From: Eubacteriales bacterium
Lineage (GTDB): Bacteria; Bacillota; Clostridia; Oscillospirales; CAG-272
Length of the DNA stretch: 64,000 nt
Reading direction: 5' to 3'
Assembly (NCBI GenBank): GCA_045538685.1
Contig: JAZSRX010000013.1
Coordinates: 12,980 to 76,979, forward strand
Within the stretch, counting starts at the first letter, position 1, and each line of letters opens with the position of its first letter. Below are positions 47,301-55,794 of the stretch, piece after piece. The notes under the pieces are model-generated. The model did no database searches, was not told the origin of the DNA, and worked only from the letters and a program-made list of their open reading frames with translations. Both the position numbers and the translations under genes were made by a program.

Positions 47301-48365
47301 GGCGGACACGACCTCTTTATCGGCGGATTCCCCGGATGGGCAAGCAGAAAGGGCTTCTTTGGCTTCTTCGACGGTAATCACTGCACGATCAGAGGACTTA
47401 ACTCCACCGCCTCTCTCTTCGGTACGATTGAGACAGGATATCTTAAAAACCTCTCTGTTTACGGTCAGGTCAACGGCACCAGCACGATCGGAGGTATCGT
47501 AGGATACGTTGCCAGTGGCGGTATTCTTGAGAATCTTACAAGCTACGTTACAATTAAGGGTACCAATACTGTAGGCGGTATCGTGGGCAACTCTGAGAAT
47601 CAGGCATCCAGCGTTATCAACTGCGTAAATTACGGCAGCGTAACAGGTACAAGCTGGATCATCGGCGGTATTACAGGATCCGGCGGACATATTATCAGCG
47701 GATGCGTAAACTACGGTAGCGTAACCACTCCCGATGACGTTGTCGGCGGTATTGCAGGTACCACAAAGGATACGGGATATATTACCGAGTGCTATAACTA
47801 CGGAACCATTACCGCGCGCGGTAAGATGGGAGGCATAGTCGGTCAGGCAATCAAGCCCGTTTCCAATTGTGTAAACTACGGTGATCTTAACGGAACCTGG
47901 GCTCTCGGCGGTATCGTAGGATACATCAAGGAGGGAACAGTTACCATTTCGGATTGTATGAATTACGGCACCATCACGGCATCGTCTACGGGCAGCGGCG
48001 GTATTCTCGGTCTTTCCGAGGCAGCTGCAAAGTCGGTCGTTAAGGATTGCGTAAACTACGGCAGTCTCAAAACTGGCTGGGGCTGCGGAGGCATCGTTGG
48101 CGATACTCACGGCGATATCATCGGTTGTACAAACTACGGTGATCTTTCTGCTCCCGGCGATCTCGGCGGCATAGTAGGAAAGACTCACGGCTCTGTTACC
48201 GAGTGTAAGAACCTTGGCAGCGTGACAGGAACTTCGGTTCACGTTGGAGGTATCGTAGGACGTCTTCACAATTCCGCTTATGCCGATGTGATCAATTCCT
48301 CGAATGAGAACCTGGGCAGCATATCAGCTCCCGATCCTCAGCAGATCATCGGTACTGTAGAATAA
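44322..48365 (+). CDS. lipoprotein: His/Cys repeats + LamG-like + calcineurin-like metallophosphoesterase + GLUG beta-helix
   Basis: HIALT...LYING...F.G.I..V.VY (LamG3); GDTQ, GDI, GNHD, TTH, SGH (metallophosphoesterase); WDG cap and NYG/GGI repeats. Confidence 0.88.
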   Translation: MKNRILILVFVLLLSIFCSCRRVEEHTHEFSDKYSSDETSHWYGCDCGEKSEVAEHTFGNSVTVIYPTTESEGLKSTKCSVCGYDKKEAIPKLEQTHKHSFDNLVSNEEGHWYECVCGETEGKNNHSWDSGAVTIPAGEVETGVKTLTCTECGEKVSENIPSAKESGLSFLRETHYRLSDKLSATPLTIEAVIRVDRSMSERVGAIFSNYYGIREDWHFEIYDGGIPRFYYTDAAGNIQDIRFNNVDVRTGEFLHIALTFDFFEGMVSLYINGEIEQIIICDVDLADDITRYQFVIGGDNRSNNGDYFKGQISSVAVYSDVRTADEIARSAEKGTNLYADDLLAAYLLNENSGGKDIQDLSGNDYIIQKEWLDSRETTIDYAYSFAVVGDTQWLSKYKPEKFEGIYDWILENKDSKKIAHVFGLGDITEDWNTAGKESEWIRAQQYIYKLNGVVPYSLVRGNHDESKYFNKYFATKEYMDQFGGYFMTEGDIRNSYKLVTIGTTDYLFLTIDFGASDEILAWANDVVIRYPDRRVIVTTHAYHGYDGGHLNFDNVPSSGNIHAGSDVDTSVGDNPGRGYNNGQQIWEKFISLHPNIFLVMSGHTPLEDVFVLKSEGVHGNVVTQMLIDPQWMDPQKDGTGMVCMLYFSEDGRQIEVEWICTDNGMYYKEQNQFVMDLEGSFDNPSHDFKSSYNEALHFMACDCGYIHSKEAHSFDGGTLTQDGFMEYSCECGYKRIASATDDPIALELQKIIEKYYNGGVYYKSTSSATSFFNREIFWGEDDSNLGNTADFLTLYDILMGKRGDLRMDLGWNCFDGVYSSANESTVSGVTELVLGAANGRINKVSIEENGAQLLIKLYEGDSVVTEATVGLYATTILLGQDGAELGRIYNKVDADGLCRIETPAFSGLVSEYDSIILSMNHDDLVKTVYYSPITVWDGKTVSSSLSGSGTETDPFLVQNGADLAYIARIVNSAAAATPNFSGKYFKMTQSIDLGGHDLFIGGFPGWASRKGFFGFFDGNHCTIRGLNSTASLFGTIETGYLKNLSVYGQVNGTSTIGGIVGYVASGGILENLTSYVTIKGTNTVGGIVGNSENQASSVINCVNYGSVTGTSWIIGGITGSGGHIISGCVNYGSVTTPDDVVGGIAGTTKDTGYITECYNYGTITARGKMGGIVGQAIKPVSNCVNYGDLNGTWALGGIVGYIKEGTVTISDCMNYGTITASSTGSGGILGLSEAAAKSVVKDCVNYGSLKTGWGCGGIVGDTHGDIIGCTNYGDLSAPGDLGGIVGKTHGSVTECKNLGSVTGTSVHVGGIVGRLHNSAYADVINSSNENLGSISAPDPQQIIGTVE

Positions 48366-48372
48366 ACACTTT

Positions 48373-48441
48373 ATCCTGCGCCCCCTCGGGGGCGTGGGAT
48401 CGGAGAGCTAAGGGGGCGATGAGCACCCCCTTAGCAGCTCC
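48373..48441 (+). other. two adjacent GC-rich stem-loops without U-tracts
   Basis: ATCCTGCGCCCC/GGGGCGTGGGAT and GCTAAGGGGG/CCCCCTTAGC. Confidence 0.8.
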
Positions 48442-48525
48442 TGATATAGATTTTTCCCATAGTAAAATGTATTTGCAGTAAAATTCATTTCATTATGAGA
48501 AAAACACAACAAAAGGGGAAAGACT

Positions 48526-50262
48526 ATGTTGAATTTCAGAAATGAATATCCAAGACCTCATTTTAGAAGAGAGGAGTGGCTGTCGCTTAACGGTATTTGG
48601 GAATTTGAGTTTGACGACGACCATAACGGAGAGACAAGAGGATTAACGAGCGGTAAGGTGAAGCTCTCTCGCGAGATTAACGTTCCTTTTACATACCAAT
48701 ATCCGGACAGCGGAATCGGGGAGACGGATTTTCACGATACGCTTTGGTATAGAAGGAGCTTCGTATACGACAAAAAAGGAAAGAGTGTCATCCTGGGCTT
48801 CAATGCCAGCGATTTTGCTACGACCGTATGGGTGAACGGCCACTTTGCCGCAACCCACGTAGGAGGTTTTTCTCCGTTTACGATCGACGTATCCACCTTC
48901 GTAACTGAGGGCGAAAATATTATAGTTGTCAAGTGCTACGACCCCCTTGACCCTACCATTCCCAGAGGAAAGCAGTCATGGCTTAACACACCCTTCAGCT
49001 GCTGGTATACCCCCAACAGCGGAATTTGGCAGAGCGTATGGCTGGACTTCGTGGGCGAGGATTCGATTGAGGATTTCTCCATAACCCCCGACGTTGATAC
49101 GAATTCCTTCAGCGGGGAAATAAAGCTTCGCAACGGAGTGGCAGATCTGCTGGAAATCAAGGTCCTTTACGATGGCAAGCAGGTGAAACGTCAGCTTTTC
49201 ACCCCCGACGGAAAGTATACCCGATATACAGTCAATATGATGGAGCAGAATTTTGTTGACGAGGTCACCTATTGGGCCCCTGAGCATCCCAATCTTTTCT
49301 ACGTTGATATTAATCTTTACCTCGGTGACAGACTCCTCGATACCGTTCACACAAGGTTTGGTATGAGGAAGATCAGCGTTGGCGAGGACGGCAGGATACT
49401 TCTTAATAACAAACCTCTTTACCAGCGACTTATTCTTGATCAGGGATATTGGAAGGGCAGCGGTCTTACGGCTCCCTCCGTGGAGGCGATCAAAAAGGAT
49501 ATTTCTCTCACCAAGGAGATGGGCTTTAACGGTGCGAGAAAGCATCAGAAATTTGAGGATCCTTATTATTACTATCTTGCCGATGAAATGGGCCTGCTTA
49601 CCTGGTGTGAAATGCCCTCGTCATACAACTTCAACCCCGACGAAATGTCCTACGTAACGGGCGAATGGCAGGAAATTATGAGGACTGCAAGCAAGTTCAG
49701 CTCGATCATTACCTACGTTCCCCTTAACGAGTCCTGGGGTGTAAGGAAGCTGGCTGTGGATCTGGAGCAGCAGAATTTTGCCCGCTCGCTCTACTATTTG
49801 ACTAAGGCAGCTGACAGATCCAGGCTCGTGTCTACAAACGACGGTTGGGAGAACCTCACCGAAAGCGATATTCTTGCGATACATGACTATGCGACTCCCG
49901 GAGGCGACCTTCGTGAGAAATACAATGAGTCTACCTATAACGACGGCTTCCAGACCTTCAGAAAAATCTATGCTGAAGGAAATGATCATATGGGTCATCC
50001 CGTTTTGCTCACCGAGTTCGGCGGTATTATGTTTGAGAAGGATCAGTTCAATGGAAATTGGGGCTACAATTCAGCCGCCAAGAGCGATGAGGAATTTTTC
50101 GACAGATTGAAGTCCCTTGTCTGCGGAATCTATGAGGCAGATTTCCAGGGCTTCTGCTATACACAGCTCACCGACGTACAGCAGGAGGTCAACGGACTTC
50201 TTGACGCCGAGCATAATCCCAAGGTTGACGTTTCTAAGATAAGGGAGATCTTTTGGAGATAA
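48526..50262 (+). CDS. GH2 glycoside hydrolase, cytoplasmic (short YPRP/LDQG subgroup)
   Basis: YPRP..R..W.SLNG.WEF, SGIWQSVW, FGMR, LDQGYW, GFNG.RKHQK, NESWG (acid/base), TEFGG (nucleophile), YTQLTDV.QE.NGL. Confidence 0.92.
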   Translation: MLNFRNEYPRPHFRREEWLSLNGIWEFEFDDDHNGETRGLTSGKVKLSREINVPFTYQYPDSGIGETDFHDTLWYRRSFVYDKKGKSVILGFNASDFATTVWVNGHFAATHVGGFSPFTIDVSTFVTEGENIIVVKCYDPLDPTIPRGKQSWLNTPFSCWYTPNSGIWQSVWLDFVGEDSIEDFSITPDVDTNSFSGEIKLRNGVADLLEIKVLYDGKQVKRQLFTPDGKYTRYTVNMMEQNFVDEVTYWAPEHPNLFYVDINLYLGDRLLDTVHTRFGMRKISVGEDGRILLNNKPLYQRLILDQGYWKGSGLTAPSVEAIKKDISLTKEMGFNGARKHQKFEDPYYYYLADEMGLLTWCEMPSSYNFNPDEMSYVTGEWQEIMRTASKFSSIITYVPLNESWGVRKLAVDLEQQNFARSLYYLTKAADRSRLVSTNDGWENLTESDILAIHDYATPGGDLREKYNESTYNDGFQTFRKIYAEGNDHMGHPVLLTEFGGIMFEKDQFNGNWGYNSAAKSDEEFFDRLKSLVCGIYEADFQGFCYTQLTDVQQEVNGLLDAEHNPKVDVSKIREIFWR

Positions 50263-50271
50263 ATAAAGCGT

Positions 50272-51948
50272 ATGAAAAAATTACTTTTACTCTTATTACT
50301 CACCGTTTCTTTAACGGTAACGGCATGTGTTCGCAATGATCCGCCCCCTGCTTCTAAGCCCGATATACCAGTGGACAAAAAGGAGTTCCTCGTTGAAGGG
50401 GAGGATTATATTGACATTGCCTCGACCTGGGACGGCAACAGCTTTGAATACAACGAGTCCCTTTGGTATATGAACAGTCTTGACGACGTTCCTCTTCCCG
50501 ATCCGCAGGTGTTTGTTGAGGACGGAATCTATTATATCGTCGGTACCAGCGACAGAAACGTTAACGTTGTTGACTGCTACGTAACCACAGACTTCGTTAC
50601 CTATGAGCCCCATTACGGCATCTATAATCCCGCTCTCTATGAGGGATGGGAGAGCAGGGCGGAGGCAATCATCTATGCTCCCGAGATCTATTGCTTTGAC
50701 GGTGTGTACTATATGTACTACAGCGCAAAGGATGAAAATCAGAACCGCAGATCCAGCGTCGTTTCTGCCAACAATCCCCTTGGCCCCTACAAGCCGATAG
50801 TGAACGGTGATGTGGACGGACTTAACAACCCACTTTTCCATAACCCCGATTACGTGGATCGAACCCTTGACGCAACCGTGTTTACCGATGACGACGGAAA
50901 AAGGTATATGTATTTCACCGTAACAGAGGATACACAGCATATCGTCGGAGTGGAGCTTACCTCTCCCTACGAGGCGGATTGGTCAACCTACAAGAAGCTC
51001 CTTGTTCCTCAAAGGGTTGAGCCGGATAACGAGGAAATAGTTATTGAGTGGGAGGGCTACCGTCAAAAGGACGTGCAGATAAACGAGGCGCCCTTTATGA
51101 TAAAGAGCTCGGGCAAGTACTATCTCACTTACTCGGCTAACGGATGCTGGAATAAGTATTACAACGTTTGTTACGCAGTGTCCGATTCGCCTCTCGGTGA
51201 TTTTGTGAAGCCTTACGAGGAGGATGGTTTGTGGACAAATCTTCTTATCGGCTGTCCCAGTACAGACGATAGTGAATCGCCCGTATATAACCAGTGGGCG
51301 GGATTTGCCTCCGGCACGGGTCACCATTGCTTCTTTTACTCGGGTCAGGATCTTATGATCGGCTACCACGCTCACAGAAACAGAGATTGGAACTCTACTG
51401 AGTATACCGAGCGATATTTTGCCTTTGACTACGTGCATTTTGATGATAGCGGTGTTCCCTTTATAAACGGCCCGACATATTCAATAATCAATCTGCCCGG
51501 AGATATCAGCGGTTTTTACAATATTTCCGCTGACGGCAAGGCTACCTCGGACAGTATAAATAACCCGGGCAAGGCAAATGACGGCTATATCGTCGACTGC
51601 TATAATCTCGAGTCGCCAGACAGCGAGCTTGTTCTTCCTTCCGGAAAATCCGAGATCGAAATAAGCTTCGGCGGGGAATATGAAATCGGCGGAATCATGG
51701 TCTATAACAGCGCCTTTTACGACAGCTATATCATTGAGATCGAGTATATTGATTTCGGTAACGGCAATATTTTGTACTATCCCCAGTTCTGCGAGGACTT
51801 CTACGTGAGCGATGAAAAGGAGTTTATCAAGCCCCTAAGCTGCTTCAACGTTGAGTTCATCACCTCCTTCACCGCCGAAAGCGTGAAAATAGGATTTAAC
51901 CTTCCCGAGGGCGGTAATATTAATGAGATCGTTGTTTTAGGACGATAA
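50272..51948 (+). CDS. GH43-family lipoprotein, paralog of 28126-29781
   Basis: Lipobox VTAC; LPDP, YAPE, DATVF, EAPF; long shared blocks (NGCWNKYYNVCYAVSDSPLG, YFAFDYVHFD, EIEYIDFGNGN, NEIVVLGR). Confidence 0.87.
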   Translation: MKKLLLLLLLTVSLTVTACVRNDPPPASKPDIPVDKKEFLVEGEDYIDIASTWDGNSFEYNESLWYMNSLDDVPLPDPQVFVEDGIYYIVGTSDRNVNVVDCYVTTDFVTYEPHYGIYNPALYEGWESRAEAIIYAPEIYCFDGVYYMYYSAKDENQNRRSSVVSANNPLGPYKPIVNGDVDGLNNPLFHNPDYVDRTLDATVFTDDDGKRYMYFTVTEDTQHIVGVELTSPYEADWSTYKKLLVPQRVEPDNEEIVIEWEGYRQKDVQINEAPFMIKSSGKYYLTYSANGCWNKYYNVCYAVSDSPLGDFVKPYEEDGLWTNLLIGCPSTDDSESPVYNQWAGFASGTGHHCFFYSGQDLMIGYHAHRNRDWNSTEYTERYFAFDYVHFDDSGVPFINGPTYSIINLPGDISGFYNISADGKATSDSINNPGKANDGYIVDCYNLESPDSELVLPSGKSEIEISFGGEYEIGGIMVYNSAFYDSYIIEIEYIDFGNGNILYYPQFCEDFYVSDEKEFIKPLSCFNVEFITSFTAESVKIGFNLPEGGNINEIVVLGR

Positions 51949-51963
51949 AAACGGAGGTCGGAT

Positions 51964-52980
51964 ATGAGAAAATATCTGTTACCCGACAGCGGTAATTTTT
52001 ATAAGGCAAATTTGCACGTTCATACAACTGTCTCCGATGGGCAGATGACTCCCGAGGAGATAAAGCGAATATACAAGGAACACGGTTATTCCATAGTGGC
52101 GTTTACCGACCACGAGATTATGGTGCCCCAGGCTCATCTCACAGACGGGGAATTCCTTGCTATCACCTCTACCGAGATCAGCGTCAACGAACGGTGTGAC
52201 TGTGATTTCAATTTTACAAAGACCTATCACCTGAATATTTATTCTCCTTTGGAGAATAAAAATTGCTTCAGCAGCTTTGACAGATCAAAGATGTGGTTGG
52301 AAGGGTCAATGAAGTATATCACTCGGGAGCAGGAGGACTGCTCTATCTGCAGGACCTATGATATTGAGAATGTCAACCGCGTCATACAAATGGCAAATGA
52401 CGAGGGCTGTCTGGTCTCATATAATCATCCCGTCTGGTCACTGCAGGATTATTCCGATTATATCGGTCTTCGCGGTCTGTGGGGAATAGAGCTGTATAAC
52501 ACCGGATGCGCACGGAATGGATACCGTGATTCGGATAAGCCCCTTGACGATCTTCTGAGAATTGGTGAGAGGGTCCTTCCTCTTGCCACCGATGATGCCC
52601 ACAGAATAGAGGACTGCTTCGGCGGATTTGTGATGATAAGGGCAGGGGAGCTTTCCTACGACTCTGTCTTTTCAGCCCTGCGTGACGGTGACTTTTACGC
52701 ATCCGAGGGCCCCGAGATCTACGAGATTTCAATTGACGACGGCATAGTCAGCATCCGCACGTCTCCCGTTGCCTTTGCCTCACTCTCCACCGACACGCGA
52801 TTTAACTACACCCGCCGCTGCGAGGAGGGAAATATGACCGAGGTGAGCTTTGACATTAAGTGGTATCTTGAGAGAAGCCGTGACGGTGTCAACCGGCATC
52901 AGTATATCCGACTGACACTTATGGACAGCTCGGGCAGGCATGCGTACAGCCGCGCCTATTTTCTCGATGAATTTATCTGA
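51964..52980 (+). CDS. PHP-domain metallohydrolase (phosphoesterase-like), cytoplasmic
   Basis: KANLHVHTTVSDG, AFTDH, E, YHLN, YNHP.WS, ELYN, ATDDAH, G.FYAS.GP. Confidence 0.88.
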   Translation: MRKYLLPDSGNFYKANLHVHTTVSDGQMTPEEIKRIYKEHGYSIVAFTDHEIMVPQAHLTDGEFLAITSTEISVNERCDCDFNFTKTYHLNIYSPLENKNCFSSFDRSKMWLEGSMKYITREQEDCSICRTYDIENVNRVIQMANDEGCLVSYNHPVWSLQDYSDYIGLRGLWGIELYNTGCARNGYRDSDKPLDDLLRIGERVLPLATDDAHRIEDCFGGFVMIRAGELSYDSVFSALRDGDFYASEGPEIYEISIDDGIVSIRTSPVAFASLSTDTRFNYTRRCEEGNMTEVSFDIKWYLERSRDGVNRHQYIRLTLMDSSGRHAYSRAYFLDEFI

Positions 52981-52996
52981 AATATAGGAGTAGAAT

Positions 52997-55765
52997 ATGA
53001 AGAATAAATCTTTGAGTATTATCTCTTTGGTATTTGCATTTACACTTGCACTCTTGGTATGTCTGGGCGGGTTGACTGCCGAAGCGTCGGGCGGTCTTTG
53101 GATCACCGACGACATTTCTGATCCTACGGACTACGATTATTCCTTCGCGATCGTGGGTGATACACAAAAGCTGGTCGCCCACTATGCGAACAAGCTCGTT
53201 CTCGAGCGCGGAGATGCCGATGAGATCAAATACAAGTACAACTACGACGTTCACGAGTATCCCGAAAACGATACGTTCGTAAAGGTATACGACTACATAC
53301 TGAACAATGCCGATAGCAAAAATATCGCCCACGTCTTCGGCCTCGGTGATATTACCGAGCGCGCCTCGGTCTGGGAATGGGTGCAAAAGGGCTGCCCCTA
53401 CGCTCCCGACGAGGAGTTCTCCATTGCGGTCGAGCAGTTTATGAGAATGAAGGCCGCGGGCATTGACTTCTCGCTGGTTCGCGGAAATCACGAGTCATGG
53501 GACACCTACAATAAATATCTCGGCACGGGAGAGGCAAGCGCAGAGCTTGGCTATGCCGATCTGGTTGACGAGGTATACGTTCATCCAAACGGAACGGTGG
53601 ACTACACCAATTCCATTCACTATTTCTCCGCAGGCACCCTCGACTATATGGTAGTCACCCTTGACTACGGTGCAAGCGACGCCGTGCTTAATTGGGCAGG
53701 CGAGAGAATTGCGGCAAATCCCTACAAGAACGTAATCATCACGACCCACGCATATATGAACAAGGACGGAACGACGATTGATACGGGCGATTCCGTAGCT
53801 CCGTCGAGAGATTCCGACAACGTCGTATACGATAAAACCAATATCAACAACGGCGACGATATGTGGAATAAGCTCATCTCGAGATATCCCAACATCGTCC
53901 TTGCGATGAGTGGACACGAGCCCACCGACGACGTGGTTATGTCACAGTGGAAGGGCCAATATGGCAACACCGTCACCAACATTCTTATCGACCCCCAGGG
54001 AATGGATAAGACTTACTTCAAGGACGGTTGCTCGGGTGCTGTCGCGATGTTCTATTTCTCCGAGGGCGGAAAGCATGTAGAGGTTCGCTATTGGTCTACC
54101 GCGAGAAATTGCTATATCAAGACGGGCAATCAGTTCAGCTTCACCATCAACACGATTGACGCCGATTACACGGTAGTCAACGAGGGCATAGCATCTCTTG
54201 CCGGGACGGTGAGCCTTCAGGATTACGAAAAGGTGCAGAAGCTTTGGCAGATATACGAAAATATGTCTGATGCAAACCGCGCCAAGGTCGTAAATTACGA
54301 GAAGCTCGAAGAGGCGCACAGCCACCTTGAGAGCATTGTTCCCACGGACAGATATACCATCACCTGGGACGTTGATGGTGTTACGTCCACCACTACCGCC
54401 GGCTACGGTGAGCTTCCCGTATTCGAGGGCGAGGCGTACAAGTACGGATACGAGCTTATCGGCTGGGCAGAGGAGAAGGGCGGTACACTCACCGACGTTG
54501 CTATTGCAACCGGAGATAAGACCTATTACGCCGTGTTCTCCGACGTCAGCGTCTGGGACGGCTTCATTCCCGCAATATCCGATACCGACACGGCGGACAG
54601 TCTGTTTGACGGTAATGGCACGAAGGACGATCCCTATCTTATACAGTCTGCAGATGATCTTGCAAGACTATCCGCCCTGACCAAGGGAATAAACTACGGA
54701 AGCCGAGACGTCTATTTCAAGCAGACCATCGATATTGATCTGACGGCAGGAAACTGGCAGCCTATCTGTACCGATATTGAATATCCCGACAATAAGTGGA
54801 CAAGGTGGTTTACCTTCAGCGCAAATTACGACGGAGATAATCACATCATCACTCTTAAAGAGGAGTCGATGAAGATCGCCTTTGGTCTCTTCGGCGGACT
54901 TAACGGCAGCGTCAGCAACCTCGTTATTGACGGCAGCATCAGAGCTACGGGATATACGGGTGCGCTGGTCAGCCAGGCGCACAACGGCGCCACTATCACA
55001 AACGTGATCAACAAGGCGGATATTAACGCAAACGGAAACCAGGTTGGCGGACTTATTGGCAACGTTGTCAACGAGGCATCCGTCACCGTTACAGACTGTA
55101 GGAACGAGGGCAGTATTTATTCCGACGGATCCTTCGTTGGCGGTCTTGTGGGCGGTGGCTGGGCAACCGTCCTTATCTCGAACTCGGAAAATTCAGGCAG
55201 TGTTACAGGCGCATCCACCGTTGGCGGTATCACGGGCGAGCTGTGGTTCAGCGGTATGACCGACAGATGCCGGAACGTCGGCACGGTAAAGGCAGGGGCA
55301 AGCGTTGCAAGCGGAAATATCGGAGGCGCAGGCCTATACGTGGGAAATCTCATCGGCCACAGCAATCAGAACTACACCGTTACATGGATGATCAACGGAA
55401 GTGCCGAGAGCATTCTTCTTCCTTACGGTGCAGACCCCGTATACAGTGGTACACCCGAAAAGGACGGCGCGGCCTTCCTTGGCTGGGCGACCTCACAGAA
55501 TGGCGAGCCCGTGGATGAGCTGCCTATGGTATGCTGCGATGCAATATACTATGCTATATTTGCCGAAGGCGACGTAGATGACCCCGAGGAGCCTACCGAT
55601 CCCGAGGAACCTACCGATCCCGAGGAACCTAACGATCCCGAGGAACCTACCGACCCCGAGGAGCCCACCGATCCTGAGGAGCCCGAGAAGCTTAACATTT
55701 TTCAGCGTATCTGGAGAGCGATTTTGAATTTCTTCAGACGGCTTTTCGGTATTGGGAAAAAGTAA
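52997..55765 (+). CDS. secreted calcineurin-like metallophosphoesterase + GLUG beta-helix + PEEPTD linker + amphipathic C-terminal tail
   Basis: Signal peptide ending AEA; GDTQ, GDI, GNHE, TTH, SGH; F.GW repeat domains; WDG cap; tail NIFQRIWRAILNFFRRLFGIGKK. Confidence 0.88.
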   Translation: MKNKSLSIISLVFAFTLALLVCLGGLTAEASGGLWITDDISDPTDYDYSFAIVGDTQKLVAHYANKLVLERGDADEIKYKYNYDVHEYPENDTFVKVYDYILNNADSKNIAHVFGLGDITERASVWEWVQKGCPYAPDEEFSIAVEQFMRMKAAGIDFSLVRGNHESWDTYNKYLGTGEASAELGYADLVDEVYVHPNGTVDYTNSIHYFSAGTLDYMVVTLDYGASDAVLNWAGERIAANPYKNVIITTHAYMNKDGTTIDTGDSVAPSRDSDNVVYDKTNINNGDDMWNKLISRYPNIVLAMSGHEPTDDVVMSQWKGQYGNTVTNILIDPQGMDKTYFKDGCSGAVAMFYFSEGGKHVEVRYWSTARNCYIKTGNQFSFTINTIDADYTVVNEGIASLAGTVSLQDYEKVQKLWQIYENMSDANRAKVVNYEKLEEAHSHLESIVPTDRYTITWDVDGVTSTTTAGYGELPVFEGEAYKYGYELIGWAEEKGGTLTDVAIATGDKTYYAVFSDVSVWDGFIPAISDTDTADSLFDGNGTKDDPYLIQSADDLARLSALTKGINYGSRDVYFKQTIDIDLTAGNWQPICTDIEYPDNKWTRWFTFSANYDGDNHIITLKEESMKIAFGLFGGLNGSVSNLVIDGSIRATGYTGALVSQAHNGATITNVINKADINANGNQVGGLIGNVVNEASVTVTDCRNEGSIYSDGSFVGGLVGGGWATVLISNSENSGSVTGASTVGGITGELWFSGMTDRCRNVGTVKAGASVASGNIGGAGLYVGNLIGHSNQNYTVTWMINGSAESILLPYGADPVYSGTPEKDGAAFLGWATSQNGEPVDELPMVCCDAIYYAIFAEGDVDDPEEPTDPEEPTDPEEPNDPEEPTDPEEPTDPEEPEKLNIFQRIWRAILNFFRRLFGIGKK
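55580..55687 (+). repeat. 18-bp tandem repeat x6 encoding DPEEPT
   Basis: GAYCCYGAGGARCCY... counted directly. Confidence 0.95.
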
Positions 55766-55794
55766 ATTTAAAATTAAAGGAGTTTAGCACACGG

